From: Macrostomum lignano
Lineage: Eukaryota
Length of the DNA stretch: 64,000 nucleotides
Reading direction: 5' to 3'
NCBI GenBank assembly: GCA_002269645.1
Contig: NIVC01001744.1
Span: 1-64,000, forward strand
The notes beneath the pieces were generated by a model. The model did no database searches. It saw only the letters and a program-made list of their open reading frames with translations, and had not been told where the DNA came from. Position numbers and translations under genes: made by a program. Positions 35,538-58,149 of this stretch are shown one piece after another (positions within the stretch are counted from its first letter, which is position 1; each line of letters starts with the position of its first letter).

Positions 35538-37889
35538 TTACAATAGTTGGCACTCGCGCTTCTGTCTCCGAACTGGCCGGCGAGGGACCAGGACAAGGCG
35601 AATGGCTTCGTCGAAGACTGATTTCACCTCGGACTGCAGCTTGGATGAGCACTCCAGGTAGGCCGCTGCCTGAACCTCCTTGGCCAGAGCCAGGCCCTGG
35701 GAGACGGTTACGGATGCATGCGTCTGTGTTTATCTGCATTTAGATACCGGTAGAGGATGGAGGAGATAGGGGAAGGGGAGAAGAAAAATAGGAGATTAGA
35801 AAATGAGAGAGTAGAGGAGAGTATGAGAGACTAGGTGCGGGTGGTAGGAAGAGAGTAGATGGGAGGATGAGAGGGTAGAATATGAGAATAGATGGGAGGA
35901 TGAGAGGGTAGAATATGAGAGTAGATGGGATGATGAGAGTAGATGAGAGGATGAGAGGATGAGAGAGTAGATGATGACAGTAGATGGGATGATGAGAGTA
36001 GATGAAAGGCTGAGAGAGTAAATGATGATAGTAGATGGGAGGATGAGAGAGTAGAGGGTGAGAGTAGATGGGATGATGAGAGTAGATGGGATGATGAGAG
36101 TAAATGAGAGGATGAGAGGATGAGAGAGTAGATGATGACAGTAGATGGGATGATGAGAGTAGATAGATGGGATGATGAGAGTGGATGGGGATGATGAGAG
36201 AGTAGAGTATGAGAGAAGACTGGGAGGAAGGATGGGAGAATAGAGAGGGAAAAGATGATTGGTTAGTGAGCAAAGAAGGCGGACAAAATGGAGCTGGGTA
36301 GCGGGGCGATGGGGCGCAGTAGCTGCGCTAATGACAATCAAAATGCAAATGGAGTTGAGCCGCGGTCAGCCTCACCCGGCTCCAGAGCTCACCTTCTCAG
36401 TAGAGACTGGCGCCTTGCCCTTGGCCCTCAGTCTCTCAATTGTGTCGGGGTCTTCGCGCAAATCTCGCTTGGTGCCAACTAGCAGGATTGGCGCTTCCGG
36501 TGCGTAGTGCCGCACTTCCGGTACCCATTTTGAGCGGACATTGTCGCAACTGACCGGGTTTTCGAGCGAGAAGCAGACGATCATGACGTCAGTCTGAGGA
36601 TAGCTCAGAATGCGCAGCTGGTCGTATTCCTCCTGGCCTGGCGGGGCGGATGGGGGAGGGAGAGGGCGGATTGAAGAGGAGCGAGAGGGCGGATTGAAGA
36701 GGAGGGAGGGAGCGGATTAAAAAGAAGAAGGGAGTGGATTGAAGAGGAAAGGAGCGGATTGAAGAGGGAGGGAGTGAGCGGATTGAAGAGGGAGGGAGTG
36801 AGCGGATTGAAAAGAAGAAGGGAGTGGATTGAAGAGGAAAGGAGCGGATTGAAGAGGGAGGGAGTGAGCGGATTGAAGAGGGAGGGAGTGAGCGGATTGA
36901 AGAGGAAAGGAGCGGATTGAAGAGGGAGGGAGGGAGCAGATTGAAGAGGGAGGGAGGGAGCGGATTGAAGAGGGAGGGAGGGAGCGGATTAAAAATAAGA
37001 AGGGAGTGGATTGAAGAGGAAGGGAGCGGATTGAAGAGGGAGGGAGGGAGCGGATTGGAGAGGGAGGGAGGGAGCGGATTAAAAAGAAGAAGGGAGTGGA
37101 TTGAAGAGGAAGGGAGCGGATTGAAGAGGAAGGGAGCGGATTGAAGTGGGAGGGAGGGAGCAGATTGAAGAGGGAGGGAGGGAGCGGATTGAAGAGGGAG
37201 GGAGGGAGCGGATTGAAGAGGGAGGGAGGGAGGGAGCGGATTGAAGAGGAAAGGAGCGGATTGAAGAGGAAGGGAGCGGATTGAAGTGGGAGGGAGGGAG
37301 CAGATTGAAGAGGGAGGGAGGGAGCGGATTGAAGAGGGAGGGAGGGAGCGGATTGAAGAGGGAGGGAGGAGGGAGCGGATTGAAGAGGAAAGGAGCGGAT
37401 TGAAGAGGGAGGGAGGGAGCGGATTGAAGAGGGAGGGAGGGAGCGGATTGAAGAGGGAGGGAGGGAGGGAGCGGATTGAAGAGGAAAGGAGCGGATTGAA
37501 GAGGGAGGCAGGGAGCGGATTGAAGAGGGAGGGAGGGAGGGAGCGGATTGAAGAGGAAAGGAGCGGATTGAAGAGGGAGGCAGGGAGCAGATTGAAGAGG
37601 AAGGGAGCGGATTGAAGAGGAAGGGAGCGGATTGAAGAGGAAGGGAGCGGATTGAAGAGGAAGGGAGCGGATTGAAGAGCGGGGCTAACACAGACTGAAT
37701 AAGCGACCCACCGGCGGTGTCCCACAGGCACAAATTGATGGACTTCTGCTGCACCATCACGTTGGCACTGTAGGTGTCGAACACTGTGGGTATGTACTCT
37801 TCAGGGAACTGGTTGGTTGCGTAAGAGATCAGCAGGCAGGTCTTGCCCACAGCACCGTCGCCAACCACCACGCACTTAATCGATTGCAT
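35538..37889 (-). CDS. Rac/RhoG(Mtl)-like Rho-family small GTPase, 193 aa
   Basis: complement(join(35538..35696,36393..36637,37712..37889)), 582 nt. [32 protein letters not shown], polybasic tail and CAAX box CQLL. An upstream acceptor TTTTTCAG lies near 37905. Confidence 0.96.
35745..36260. repeat. GA-rich degenerate repeat (GATGAGAGTAGATGG-like) in GTPase intron 2
   Basis: Direct inspection. Confidence 0.85.
36650..37680. repeat. GGATTGAAGAGGGAGGGAGGGAGC-type repeat filling GTPase intron 1
   Basis: Variable 20-28-bp units. Confidence 0.93.
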
Positions 37890-39264
37890 TCTCAGTTCTC
37901 ACTGCTGAAAAATATGCTTTCAGGAGCTGGCAGCGGCTCAGTTGCTTTTGGAATGGGATAAAAAAAGGGAAAAGCAGTGGGAGAAGGGGAAGCCAATATA
38001 GGGAGAAATAGCCGCAGCGGACCGGGCAGCAGGGAGGGATAAATAAATCTTCCAACCCCCCTCCTTGCTGCTCCTTCCCTCTATCCCTAGGCCTCCTCAG
38101 TGCGTGAGCAGCTCCTTCCCAAGCTCCACAATCGACCTCCTAGTCTCCTCCTCCTCTGTCTGTCTGTCCTCCCCCAATCCCAGAAGCCGCAGCGACGGCA
38201 TTACTAGCTCTGCCCGCGGTGCTCCCCAATCTCCCCCTTCCCGTACCCTCTGGAAGCTACACCAACCCCCTCTCGCCTTTAGCACGGCCGCGCACTGCAC
38301 GGCGATCGCGAGGAAGGAATGTAAAATGCCTACTTGCCCGACTGCAGCTGGGCGAGGAGTTGAACTCAAGCCCTCTCGCCCATGCCTCATCTCAAACGGC
38401 TGGGGAGTCGTGGAGTTCCGTAGCTAGAAGCTGGTTTTAGGCCTACGGACATGAAGTGAGCTCTAGAGAACGCATAGCGCTGAATGGGGTTTAGCCATAG
38501 ACAAACTCGGTCTATGAGCATACTAAATGCACTAGCAATACGACTTCTACTTCAGGGTCAATGGTATTAAGCTTATCAAGCTAACGTTTCTTAGAAAAGC
38601 GACCACTGAAGACCGGTAAGCAAGCAATGTTCCAAGCAACATTATTCGTTCTGGTCTAGAAATCCATGTCTCGGAACTAAGAAGAGGTGGAGGGACCGGC
38701 TAAGAATTGAGGGCCGCGGGACTGCCAGCCTCGAGCTGCACTCGCTGCCCCAACTCGATCCTCCATTCGTCTGCTTTCCGGCGGTGCCTAAAGGATTTCT
38801 TATTCCCAGTTTCGGCGAATTCGAATCCGCCCCCACCTCGCCTGCCCCCCTCTACAGTCTATCAAGTGGCAAAGGCAGGGGGTCCTTAAACTCTAGACTC
38901 GAAGAAACCGAGCTTGCTGAATGTGCCGACAGTTCAATCGGAATCAGAAATCAATCGCAAGTTAAGCGTAGAGTTTTCTCAATAACAACAAGTGGGCAGG
39001 AAAGTTTCTTATAACAATCTTTATCTATTGGGCTTGCAATTTTATTGATTTATAAGAAATGACAACTTAAAACTTTTGCAAGCAATTCTACAATAGCTAC
39101 GAAGAAATATGCAGACCCAGACTAAACCAACCTATAGAGTGAATTAAAATGCCTTAGATAAGAAACGAGATCCTTCCTCTACTCAAGTCCTTAAGATGAC
39201 CGCCGTTAAATCATTCCCTACTGCATTTCTTTAAAGCAGCCATTGTAACAGAGGGGAAATTTAG

Positions 39265-39895
39265 CTGAGCTCCAACTCACCCTGCAGTGATTGGCTGGCA
39301 GCTCTGAGCTCCAACTCTCCCTGCTGTGATTGGCTGACAGCTCTGAGCTCCAACTCTTCCTGCTGTGATTGGCTGGCAGCTCTGAGCTCCAACTCTCTCT
39401 GCTGTGATTGGCTGGCAGCTCTGAGCTCCAACTCTCTCTGCTGTGATTGGCTGGCAGCTCTGAGCTCCAACTCTCCCTGATGTGATTGGCTAGCAGCTCT
39501 GAGCTACAGCTCGCCCTGCTGTGATTGGCTGGCAGCTCTGAGCTCCAACTCTCCCTGCTGTGATTGGCTAGCAGCTCTGAGCTCCAACTCTCTCTGCTGT
39601 GATTGGCTGGCAGCTCTGAGCTCCAACTCTCTCTGCTGTGATTGGCTGGCAGCTCTGAGCTCCAACTCTCCCTGATGTGATTGGCTGGCAGCTCTGAGCT
39701 CCAACTCTCCCTGCTGTGATTGGCTGGCAGCTCTGAGCTCCAACTCTCCCTGCTGTGATTGGCTAGCAGCTCTGAGCTCCAACTCTCTCTGCTGTGATTG
39801 GCTAGCAGCTCTGAGCTCCAACTCTCTCTGCTGTGATTGGCTAGCAGCTCTGAGCTCCAGCTCACCCTGCTGTGATTGGTTGGCAGCCCTGAGCT
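39265..39895. repeat. 39-bp tandem repeat CTCTGAGCTCCAACTCTCCCTGCTGTGATTGGCTGGCAG, ~16 copies
   Basis: Direct inspection; each unit contains ATTGG (CCAAT on the minus strand). Confidence 0.96.
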
Positions 39896-40427
39896 AGGAG
39901 GGACTGTTAGCACTGTACCAGCTGTACATTCCACCTGGCGCCTGATGAGGCGCGGCGATTTTTACAAAAAAATTCGAACTTTAAAGGAACTTTTCCAGAA
40001 AAAATCGAAAAGCAAATGAACCACCTGTAAGCATTTATATTTATTATAAACCAGAAAATTACCATCACCGATCGTTTTATTAAACAGCAGCACGACTGTT
40101 GTAATTATTGTATAAAAGCATTTGAGAGACGCTAGTTAATTTCTATTAAAACAATGCTAAAGCGAGTTACATAAGATCGTAACAAGCGTTAGTTTTGAAG
40201 TACAAATTCATAAAAAACTTAAATGCTAAACGGAGGAGGCCACAAAAGACTAATCAGGACTGGCTTAAGACAGAAAAAAATTAAAATACCTTTACTCATA
40301 ACGCCTAACAGAAACTGCAGTGAGTCAACAGCGTGCGCTTTGAAAACAACTTAAATTGGGATTTTTACCGGACTTAAAAAGAACTGTCCGACTTGAGCAA
40401 AAAACAGGCAGCGTCAATAAATTTCTG

Positions 40428-49196
<8,769 letters not shown>

Positions 49197-49617
49197 GACT
49201 GATGGCTTTGGTTGTTAATTCTGCACTAGAAACCGATTAACCTGATCTTTTATAATATACTTCATTGATATTTAAAAAACTACACCATCCTAATTTTATC
49301 TTCTATTTCTTATGCCACTGCTAGGAATAACCATAAATGACAATAATGAATATCAACCGACAGCAAATAAGAATTATTTTCACCTTTCCCTTATTAGTAT
49401 GCGCAATTAAGTTAATCCAAGATATGTTTGCCAATGTAAATGAGCTTTTGTCTATGGTCAATATGGTCATAAATTTGATATTTTGGTAAAATAATGTTTT
49501 GGCACATTACAAAAGTAATGATTGTTTTGGCAAGTTCAAAAAAGGTTTACTATATAGAACTTAGAAGAATGACTACTCAACAATGATATTTCCTACCCTC
49601 TTTTAGAACATGCTTGG

Positions 49618-49773
49618 GCGCAACCTTGGGACTCACCCGGCCGCCTCTATTGGCAACACACACATGTATGTCGCTATTGGACAGAATAGTAGTCACGTGA
49701 CTGCTCTCAGCCAATAGCGACTTACATGTCTGCGTTGCCAATAGAAACGGCCGGGTGACTCCCAAGGTTGCGC
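49618..49773. other. 156-bp imperfect palindrome upstream of mael (possible small MITE or regulatory element)
   Basis: GCGCAACCTTGGGA.TCACCCGGCCG..TCTATTGGCAAC... mirrored around the central GTCACGTGAC. Confidence 0.85.
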
Positions 49774-52198
49774 ACGTATGTTTTAGAATGAAGGACCTAG
49801 CAGATAGAACAAACAAGGCAGATTCCAATGAATACATTGCACTAAATTGCCTAGCTAGAATTGCACAAATTTGAATGAAGATAAATTGCCAACATTGCAT
49901 AAGATCTATTTTGAAAATTGTCCCAGTTTTATTTTGAAAACTACCTTATGCCAAGAATAAATGAATAACAAAAAAACAAAAAAGATAGAAACAATTAAAT
50001 AATAAAAAGCTTTACACTACAAATAAAAAATATTAAAAGTAACAAAGAGGTAAAATTACCAAATAGAAAGCAAGCCTTTATCTAAAAAATTAAAAAATAT
50101 AAAAAAACCTATATAAAAATAATAAATTGGAAACAAGCCTATACCTTAAATAGATATTGCATTTTAAAAGGGAACTGGCTACTTTGGTGGCACTTGGCAG
50201 TCATTTTGATTTTTGGTGTTATCTATTTAGTAAGAAATAAAAAATTTTCAAATTGCTAGTTTAGAAATTAATAAAATATATGCCATATAGCATTGTGTCT
50301 TCAAAATGAAAAAGTTCTCAAAATTGAGTTTGCTAAAATTAGGGTGTCCAGCGAGCCTATTTTTAGCATGTGTAAAACCGAAAAACGGTAAAAAGTGGTC
50401 TTCTTTAAACGTCTGTAACTTTTTAAATATTTGAGATATGACCACGTTCTTATATTCATTGAAAAGAAGGCAAACAGATGTTTCAAACGACATATAGTTT
50501 ACATGTTTAGGACATACGATTACAAAGATACAGCCTGTCAAACATCGTGTACATTTTCGTACATTTTCAAAACTGTGCCGAATTTGCTTGAAAATATGGG
50601 ATCGAGAGGATTCGTTTTTTAGTAAATGAGTGGATAACTGCTAAGAATGCTTGCACACTGAGTGTAGGTAACTTCCTGGGGGTCATTTTAAGGGAACTTT
50701 TTTGTTCAAAAATATGTACATGTACATGTACATGTAAAATTTAAAATGGCCATAACTTTTGAATGGAAAGAGCGGCCACCCTAATTCTTTTTGCTACTTA
50801 CTTCTAGGGACAAAATGAAACTTTTAGGCAAGACAAGATGAGTGTAACTCTTGCCGCAGTATGCTTAACAGAAATCGTCAAAATGCATGCAACTCCCCAT
50901 AAGAGACATTAAAATCGGGAAATTTTCGAAGCTCGAAAAAATGGCCAGTTAGTTTCTTCAATAAAATGATAGCAAAACAGGCCAAAATCTTTGTCCTAAA
51001 GGCACATACTGATAACTTTTGCCGCACCAACGTTATTAAGCATAATTGGCACAGGTGTACATGCAAAATACACTACAGAGATAGGAAAAATGTACATTGA
51101 GGGGCTGTATATTCGAAAAGAAGTCATGTATGCAATTTTTCTTTAAAAAGGGATAGCAGGACTTACGATATACTATATCTTTTATGCATTTCTCACTAAT
51201 CCATCTTTTATTTGCAGATCTTGCAGATGCCAGACATGCTGCGCCTATACAGTATCTGCTATGAGTGCATGACAAGCTCATGGGTGAAGCTTTCTACACA
51301 GTCGCCTCTGATCATTCCAGCTGGGCCCGAAGATTGCGCGCAGCTTCTCGAAGGCCTGCGTCGGCGCCCTCTTCTCTGAAGGGGACCAGGCAACAGCAGC
51401 AGCAAAGGTTGGCAAACTGGCGTGCTAGAAGTCGACTCTGGCTCAGTTGCAGCTGGGACCACAGCAGGAAAGACAAGTGCCTGGCCCATGTAGATGGCCC
51501 AGGGACTCTGCTTGCCAGCAGCTTCCTCGCGCACCTTTGACCTCTACAGGTCCCGCACCTTTTTCACTTTTGTTACTGCCTCCACAGGTTACAAAGTGCG
51601 TCTAGTTTAGTGTCTGCAGGCAGACTAAGACATTCTGCCAAGCTAATTAAAAATATTAAAGCACTAAAGTGAAGCAGTTGAGTAGAGGCTGAACTGACTA
51701 AAAGGGTTCTCAGCCAATTCGGCTGCTGGGAGACAACTGACTGGGGATGAAAACGGGAGCAGACGAATCGACTGTCATACTCTCATACATGTGCATGTAC
51801 ATACTACATATACAATGTAATCACGCTGTGTATTGCTCTCAAGATTGTTAGATTGGCTACGAACAAGTCACAATTCACCAATCACCAACATGGTGTCCCA
51901 TCTCAGCAATCTGTTGTTGCGCAGTTGGCGACTCCAGTCTCCAGCTGCCAGGCCATGTCATCCAAGCCGGTTCGTACCGCCCGCAGCTGGTGCAGATGCT
52001 GCTGACGCTGCAGACACCTTAATACTGGAGAGGCAAACGGGTTTTGTTGACTGCCTGCTGGCTGATTCCAGCACCCTGGACACTGCCGATGGCGACCTAC
52101 ATTCGTGTCAAGGACCTGAAACCCACCCTGTAACATTGTCTCATGCTTGACTGGCTTGATTGTAGTAGCTACAGTTGTAGTACTGTAGTAGACTCATA

Positions 52199-53751
52199 TA
52201 GGGGGCGACCGGGACAGCCAAAGTCGGGCCCGGGTCGGGCCCGGGAATGAGGACTCGGGCCCGGGTCGGGCCTCGGGAATTCGGGACAAGATCTTTAGGA
52301 CAGCTCAATAATTGGAAAAAAAATCATAATAAATCTTAATACTTTTAGCATATGCGGATTACTATTAAATATATAATAAATATATAGATATATTAAATCT
52401 AATATAATATATTAAATGTATAATAAATATATGATAAACATTAAATATATTATAATATATAAATATATTGAATATATAATAATATATAAATATAATAAAT
52501 ATAATATATTAAATTAAATATATATTAAATATATAATATAATAAATATTATTTTTATTTAATACATTAGTTAAGACTTCAGAATAGATAAGAGTTACATT
52601 AAAAGACTTAATACTCAAATATCAATATACCCAATAGTTCAAATTCAATGTCACTGTGTGGCACAAGTACTGTGTGTGTGCCAGTGACAGTGACACTAAT
52701 AGGCAGTGAGGTAGGCAAGCAGGCACTGCGGTAGTGCGGCTGGCACTGGCAGTGGCAGTAAGCAAAAAGAAGAAAAGCTGAAGCATTAAGTGTAAGGCAC
52801 TTGGCATTGGAAGCAATAAGGAAGTAAGAACCAAATCAATTGATTGATTCTTTTATTTGAATTTTTAGTTCCTTTACATAGCTTCAATGTAAAGAGCCAT
52901 GTACACAGTCAGTATTCAATAAGACAACAAGACAAGACAACAGAACAGAACACAAGTGAAGTGACAACACAACACAACACTCAACTGTCTCAACAGAACA
53001 GGCAAACAGACAATGGAAATACAAGTAATTAGCTGATACCTGCCTACCTGCTCACCTACCTACCTAAACGAATATGATTACGAATATGATACTATGAGTC
53101 TACGACTACAACTACACTACCTACAAATACAATACAAATATGAACACGATTACAAACTCTGACAGATAGCAAACTTCTTGGAAAAATGGTAGCCTTGGCC
53201 CTTAATAGGTACTTCTTGGAATGTAAATAGGAAATGTTATTTACAAAAGCTTAAAATTGACAAATCAACTTTTTTAAGAATCATATTTTTGCTTTTAGGC
53301 TGCAGCCTGCAGCGTGTAAAGTGGAATCAATATTGCAAAAAAGTATTGCAAAACTATGTTTTAATTTTATCTTCCTGGAAAAAATCCGATCTTCCTGGAA
53401 AGTGGAAACTGGCTGTGGCTGACGCTCACGGTCACAGTCACAGACGCTCACGCTAAGAGCATACTACAAATCAATGATATTGCTACTTCACATCATATCA
53501 TCTATTACTATTACTGCAGTCGTGCAGTGCTTGAGTCTTGAGTGCTGATGCGATGCTTAACTGAGTGTTGTGCTGTGCTGTGAATAAAAATAATTTTATT
53601 CTTATTCGCACGCGGTTAGTGCCTTTAGGGAAAAAAGACTTGTCCCGATTTCCCGACTTTTTTAGGGTCGGGCCCGGGCCCGGGTCGGGCCACGATTTTG
53701 GTCGGGATTCCCGACTTTTCGGGCCCGGGCCCGGGACTGGGTCGCCCCCTA
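52199..53751. mobile_element. hAT-superfamily non-autonomous element (MITE)
   Basis: 12-bp TIR TAGGGGGCGACC/GGTCGCCCCCTA, exact 8-bp TSD GACTCATA (52191-52198; 53752-53759), subterminal CGGGCCCGGG repeats, AT-rich non-coding interior. Confidence 0.92.
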
Positions 53752-56647
53752 GACTCATAGTACGATAAGAAGGCCAGCACAGCAGATGAAATATTTGCTG
53801 ACGAGCTGCATTGACTGCAGATGAATTTGGTAGCAGACAAATTGACTGGATTACCACGAACAGCTATCGTGCTGAAAAGTGAACACAGTGAACAAGTAAA
53901 TGAATCAAATGATGCAGATAAACTGTAAATCTATATTCGATCAATTGCTGAATTTGGGCATGGTCTCTTCAAACATGAAAGTACATGATTTAGTAACATA
54001 TTACTTAATACAGTATCGATTCATTACAGCTGCTAAATGGACTACAAAAATATTTTGAATGACTCCAGCATGAAGATAGTTAAGATTAATATTGACACGA
54101 GCTACATAGATTTTTAGACAACATAGACATCCAGAATGGTACTTTGGAAGACTCGTTTTCATAGAAATAATAGTCAATCATTTAAATACTACTTACAGTA
54201 GGAAGTAAAAAATCTTACTAATTATAGTATACAAGTATTACTTTGACATGGAAGTAATATCAAATAAGGTAAATAGAAACTATACCATGAAAAAGCCAAA
54301 GAATGGTACTCCAGAATCGCTATTTTGTCCTAATCCCTAGATATCTGCATATATAGAACAGTATATATATAGAAAAAATATCAGAAAACATTGTAGCAAC
54401 AAAAATCTACAAAATAAAACATAAAACACTAAAATTGGTTATAAAATAAGAAAGTTACAGACATTTTACTGCACAAAACATGCTTTTTTGCCTAAAAATA
54501 GCACAGTTTTTAGTGTATTTGAGATAGGAAAAAAACATTTTTTTTGAAATGAAAAACTCCATAACTTTTTTATTACTTGATCAATTTTCAAAAGTTTGGT
54601 GTCATTTCACTCATAACATCCAGGACTACAACATGGCATGATTAAAAATTTGGATTTCTGAAAAAAATTTTCTCACTGGACCCCCTACTAAAATATTACA
54701 ATATTTCACAAAAACATTATTTGCCAAAACATTACTTTGCTAAAATGCCATGTAATCCATTAAATAGTAGGCCTATATCTATAGCTATTATAGAATTCTA
54801 ATGCCCAAACTCTAGTCTAGCCTTTGTTATAATAGGCTAAATTCTAAATATATAAAACATTAGAAAGAAAAATGTTTATGTTATATCTCTAATAAATAAA
54901 CAAACACATACCTCAATTTTTGTTGACAAACCAAGCTGACAGAGTGCTTGGTAATGAGGAAAATTATAGTTTTCCACTGTAGCCATAGCTACAGCTACGG
55001 GATCCTATAGCAAATATGGTAAAATAGGTGCCTATGGCACTACAGATACCCCTATAGCCTAGCAAGCTGCTCTTATGGCTACAACTATGGAAATATGGTA
55101 GTTGCTATCACATTCCATAGATTCCTTTAGCCATAGTTATTAATTTAAAAAATTGAAAAAAAAATATTAAAAACAGCCAAACAGGTAGAGTAAAACAAAG
55201 ATACTTTAGTAAACTGTATTAACAATTTAGAATTAGAAACATATAGTTACATAGAATATACCAAATAAAGTACAATAAAACTTTAGCAAACTCTAATTTT
55301 TATTTATTTGAAAAAGTTTAGCATTAGTAGGACTATTTTCAGTAGCATTTAAGTATTGTTGCTATTGTAGGCCTATAGAAGTTCTATTAGAAGTTTCTAG
55401 ATTGACTAGAATAGAAGTTATATTAATATTAGGACTAGTAGGGCCTAAACATTATATTTATACTTAATTATTTCTATTTAAGCATTACTTAACTATAAAA
55501 CAACTTTATAATTAATACTTAAAGTATTATTTATACTTACTTGTTGATACATATGGGGTGGGGCCCCGCTGGGAAAAATGTTGGTGGATGCGCCGGGTTG
55601 AGCGGCTCAGTCTGCGCCAGGTTAGCGCCACGACGACCAACCAATCGGAAGCCGTTAAGAACTTGGCACCAACTTGGCAACGCGGCGCCGACGTGGCATA
55701 AAGTGACCCAGAATTTTGCACGCGCACAGAAAGCAGTTCAGCATACTATTCAAACTACTGAAAGTCAGTAGCAAGTATGAAATTTGTACTACTATAAATT
55801 TAGTTGCATAGATTTTTTTCCAAACTAAATGATTTTCCCTTGTATGTGTACACAAACACGACTTGATTACGCGCTCAGTTTATAATTTGCATCCTGTACA
55901 TAGGCAGGCGCTATAAATTAGAGATAATTAACGTCTCCTTCCGTCTAAAAAGACAAACAATGCAATGCAAGATCACTGTTAATAAAATAGCAGTAGCATT
56001 TTCATAATTTTGCGTAATTTTTTGTTATGTAACGGCAAAAGCAATCGTTTTATATTTTTGTGGTGCGCATGTAAATTACGCACATCTTAAAACCTTTTCA
56101 AAAAGTATACACGAGCATACATTGATTGCAAAGAGGAGATACATGCGAACTTGTACTTTCAAGACAATGTGAAAAATTTTTCTGGATCTACAGCTAGTAT
56201 ACTTTCACAATGGATACGCGCTTTGCTTAATCAGCTGAAAACCTTGTGGAGGGTGACTCTAGAAACAGTGGCCACTTGTGAAGAGGATTTTTAAAATTCA
56301 ATAAACATTGACGTAACTATTGCAATATAACTCTACATGTATGAGAATGGCTGTAAACGCAACATTCACAAAATGTGTGAAACGCAAGAAAAAATCCCTG
56401 ATTGTGCTCTCAGTTTATCTGGCTTCCCCATTTTTTCTATTGCTTTTTACTTTCACAGACTTTCACTGACCGCGGTCACCATGTGAACAGCAGTTATGTA
56501 TATGTAAAGAAGAAAAAATGAAGAACAAAAGAAAAAACAGAAAAAAACAAAACAAAAAAAGCAATTAGTGCGTGGCTGCAAACAGCACTAAATTCGTGAT
56601 AACTTAACGATAAGAGGCAAAAAGTTGTTAGTAAAAAATCAATTGTC

Positions 56648-58149
56648 TCACAATTCTATCATATTGATAAGTTCTCCATCGATTTGGCTGAAGCACGTCG
56701 TGAAGCTGTCGTTTGTTGGCGTTGGGGAAATGTTGCCCATTTGTGTATGCAGCAGTCGAGGATGTTTGGGCTTTGTCGACTCGCAGTAGTTGGCCTGGGC
56801 CATCGAGGATGCTGCAGCAGAAGCTGACGATGCAGCTGCAGCAGAAGCTGACGATGCAGCTGCAGCAGAAGCTGACGATGCAGCTGCAGCAGAAGCTGAG
56901 GATGCAGCTGCAGCAGAAGCTGAGGATGTAGGTATAGCAGAAACTGCCTGCAGCCGTATTGTTCGACTTCTCGCCTTGCGATCGTATCGGAGAACTTTTC
57001 TCACCGCCCTGAATCCGTCGGCCAGGGTGACCCCATCCAGCTGCTTGATAACGAATGCAGCAATCGCCGTAGCTCTAGGGTCGTATGCCCTGTCAGCGAT
57101 GACATCCTCGAGGCGCGGACTCCTGCCGGGGTTTCCACCTGAAGGTTGATTTTAAGTTTATGAAATGCATTTCTTTGTTTGGTTTCTAGGGAAAGGTGGG
57201 ATGATAATTTTGGCAAGGATGGTTGTAGGAATTGCAGTGTGAAATAAAAAATGTGCATGTACGCTCGTAAACTTTTTTGTTGAATATATCGTTTGACACT
57301 TAACTTTACAAACAGGAAGCAATGACTTAGTCTGGCGCTCTTCTACTGGGACAAGAGCATCTAAAAGCGATCGCGTCAATGCGTCTAACGCCTTAGCAAC
57401 CGGCATCCCGACGACTTTTGCAGTTGCCGCGGTCAGTAGACTGCACTGAATTCTGATCGCCGGGAGATGGTCGCTTAAAGCAATGGTGTTGGCCTCGGTG
57501 GTGCATACAGCCTCGTTCACGGCGTCGTTTCTGTTGCCGTCCAATGGGCTACGTTGCAGGTCAATGGCACCTGATATTGTAGCCTGAGCTGACGAGCCTG
57601 ATCTGACAGCGTTCCAGATGTCATCGACCTTGCCCAGGAGATTGTGCCTGCTTATTTCTTCGAGCACGCTGAGCTCCCTGCGCATCTCTCTGTGGCACTC
57701 GTCGAGTTCGGTCCGTAGCTGCTTCACCTCCGCGTCCAACACTTGGCACCTCCTGCACTGTTGTGGCAGAGGCACCTGTCTTGTAGGCTGGCCGGCATTG
57801 CTGCTCGTTCTGCAAACCTGATTATATGAACGTAGGAGCAATGCATATTATAATTATATAATGCAATTATAATATCCATATATTGATAGATGCATTGTAA
57901 TGTCAACATCATTTAACAGAAGCTTCTCACCTTGCTTATAGTGCTGGCCACGGAGCTTGCCAACTCAGTTGTCGGAAGCGCCTCGGTAAGCACCATGCAC
58001 TGGTGCAGTTTGTCTCCAAGCTGTACGGAGGCTTTCGTTCCATAGCAGACTTTCGTGGCTGCAGTTGACTCTACGATTATGCAGGATATCGCGGCAGCCA
58101 TAATTTCTTTCGACCCTTGTGTCAGCTGGATAACAAATGCGCTTTCCAT
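56648..58149 (-). CDS. CACTA accessory protein: coiled coil + BEN-like domain + Ala/Ser repeat
   Basis: complement(join(56648..57138,57310..57817,57931..58149)) is phase-compatible and open. An acceptor at 58160 suggests another upstream exon. TRSLLDALVPVEERQTKSLL..RATAIAAFVIKQ..FRAVRKVLRYDRK resembles the BEN helical pattern. Confidence 0.65.

Noticed and set aside
38065-39014. Short overlapping ORFs upstream of the GTPase
   Set aside because: Most likely promoter or 5' UTR sequence; no domain features.
51250-52150. Coding-like GC-rich patches and short ORFs
   Set aside because: No recognisable domain or consistent splice model.
50160-54690. Possible Kolobok- or Tc1-type termini enclosing the region
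   Set aside because: Candidate ends are not reverse complements and no TSD was found.
54960-55145. Cluster of CTATAG/CTATGG/CCATAG motifs
   Set aside because: Degenerate, with no fixed period or boundaries.
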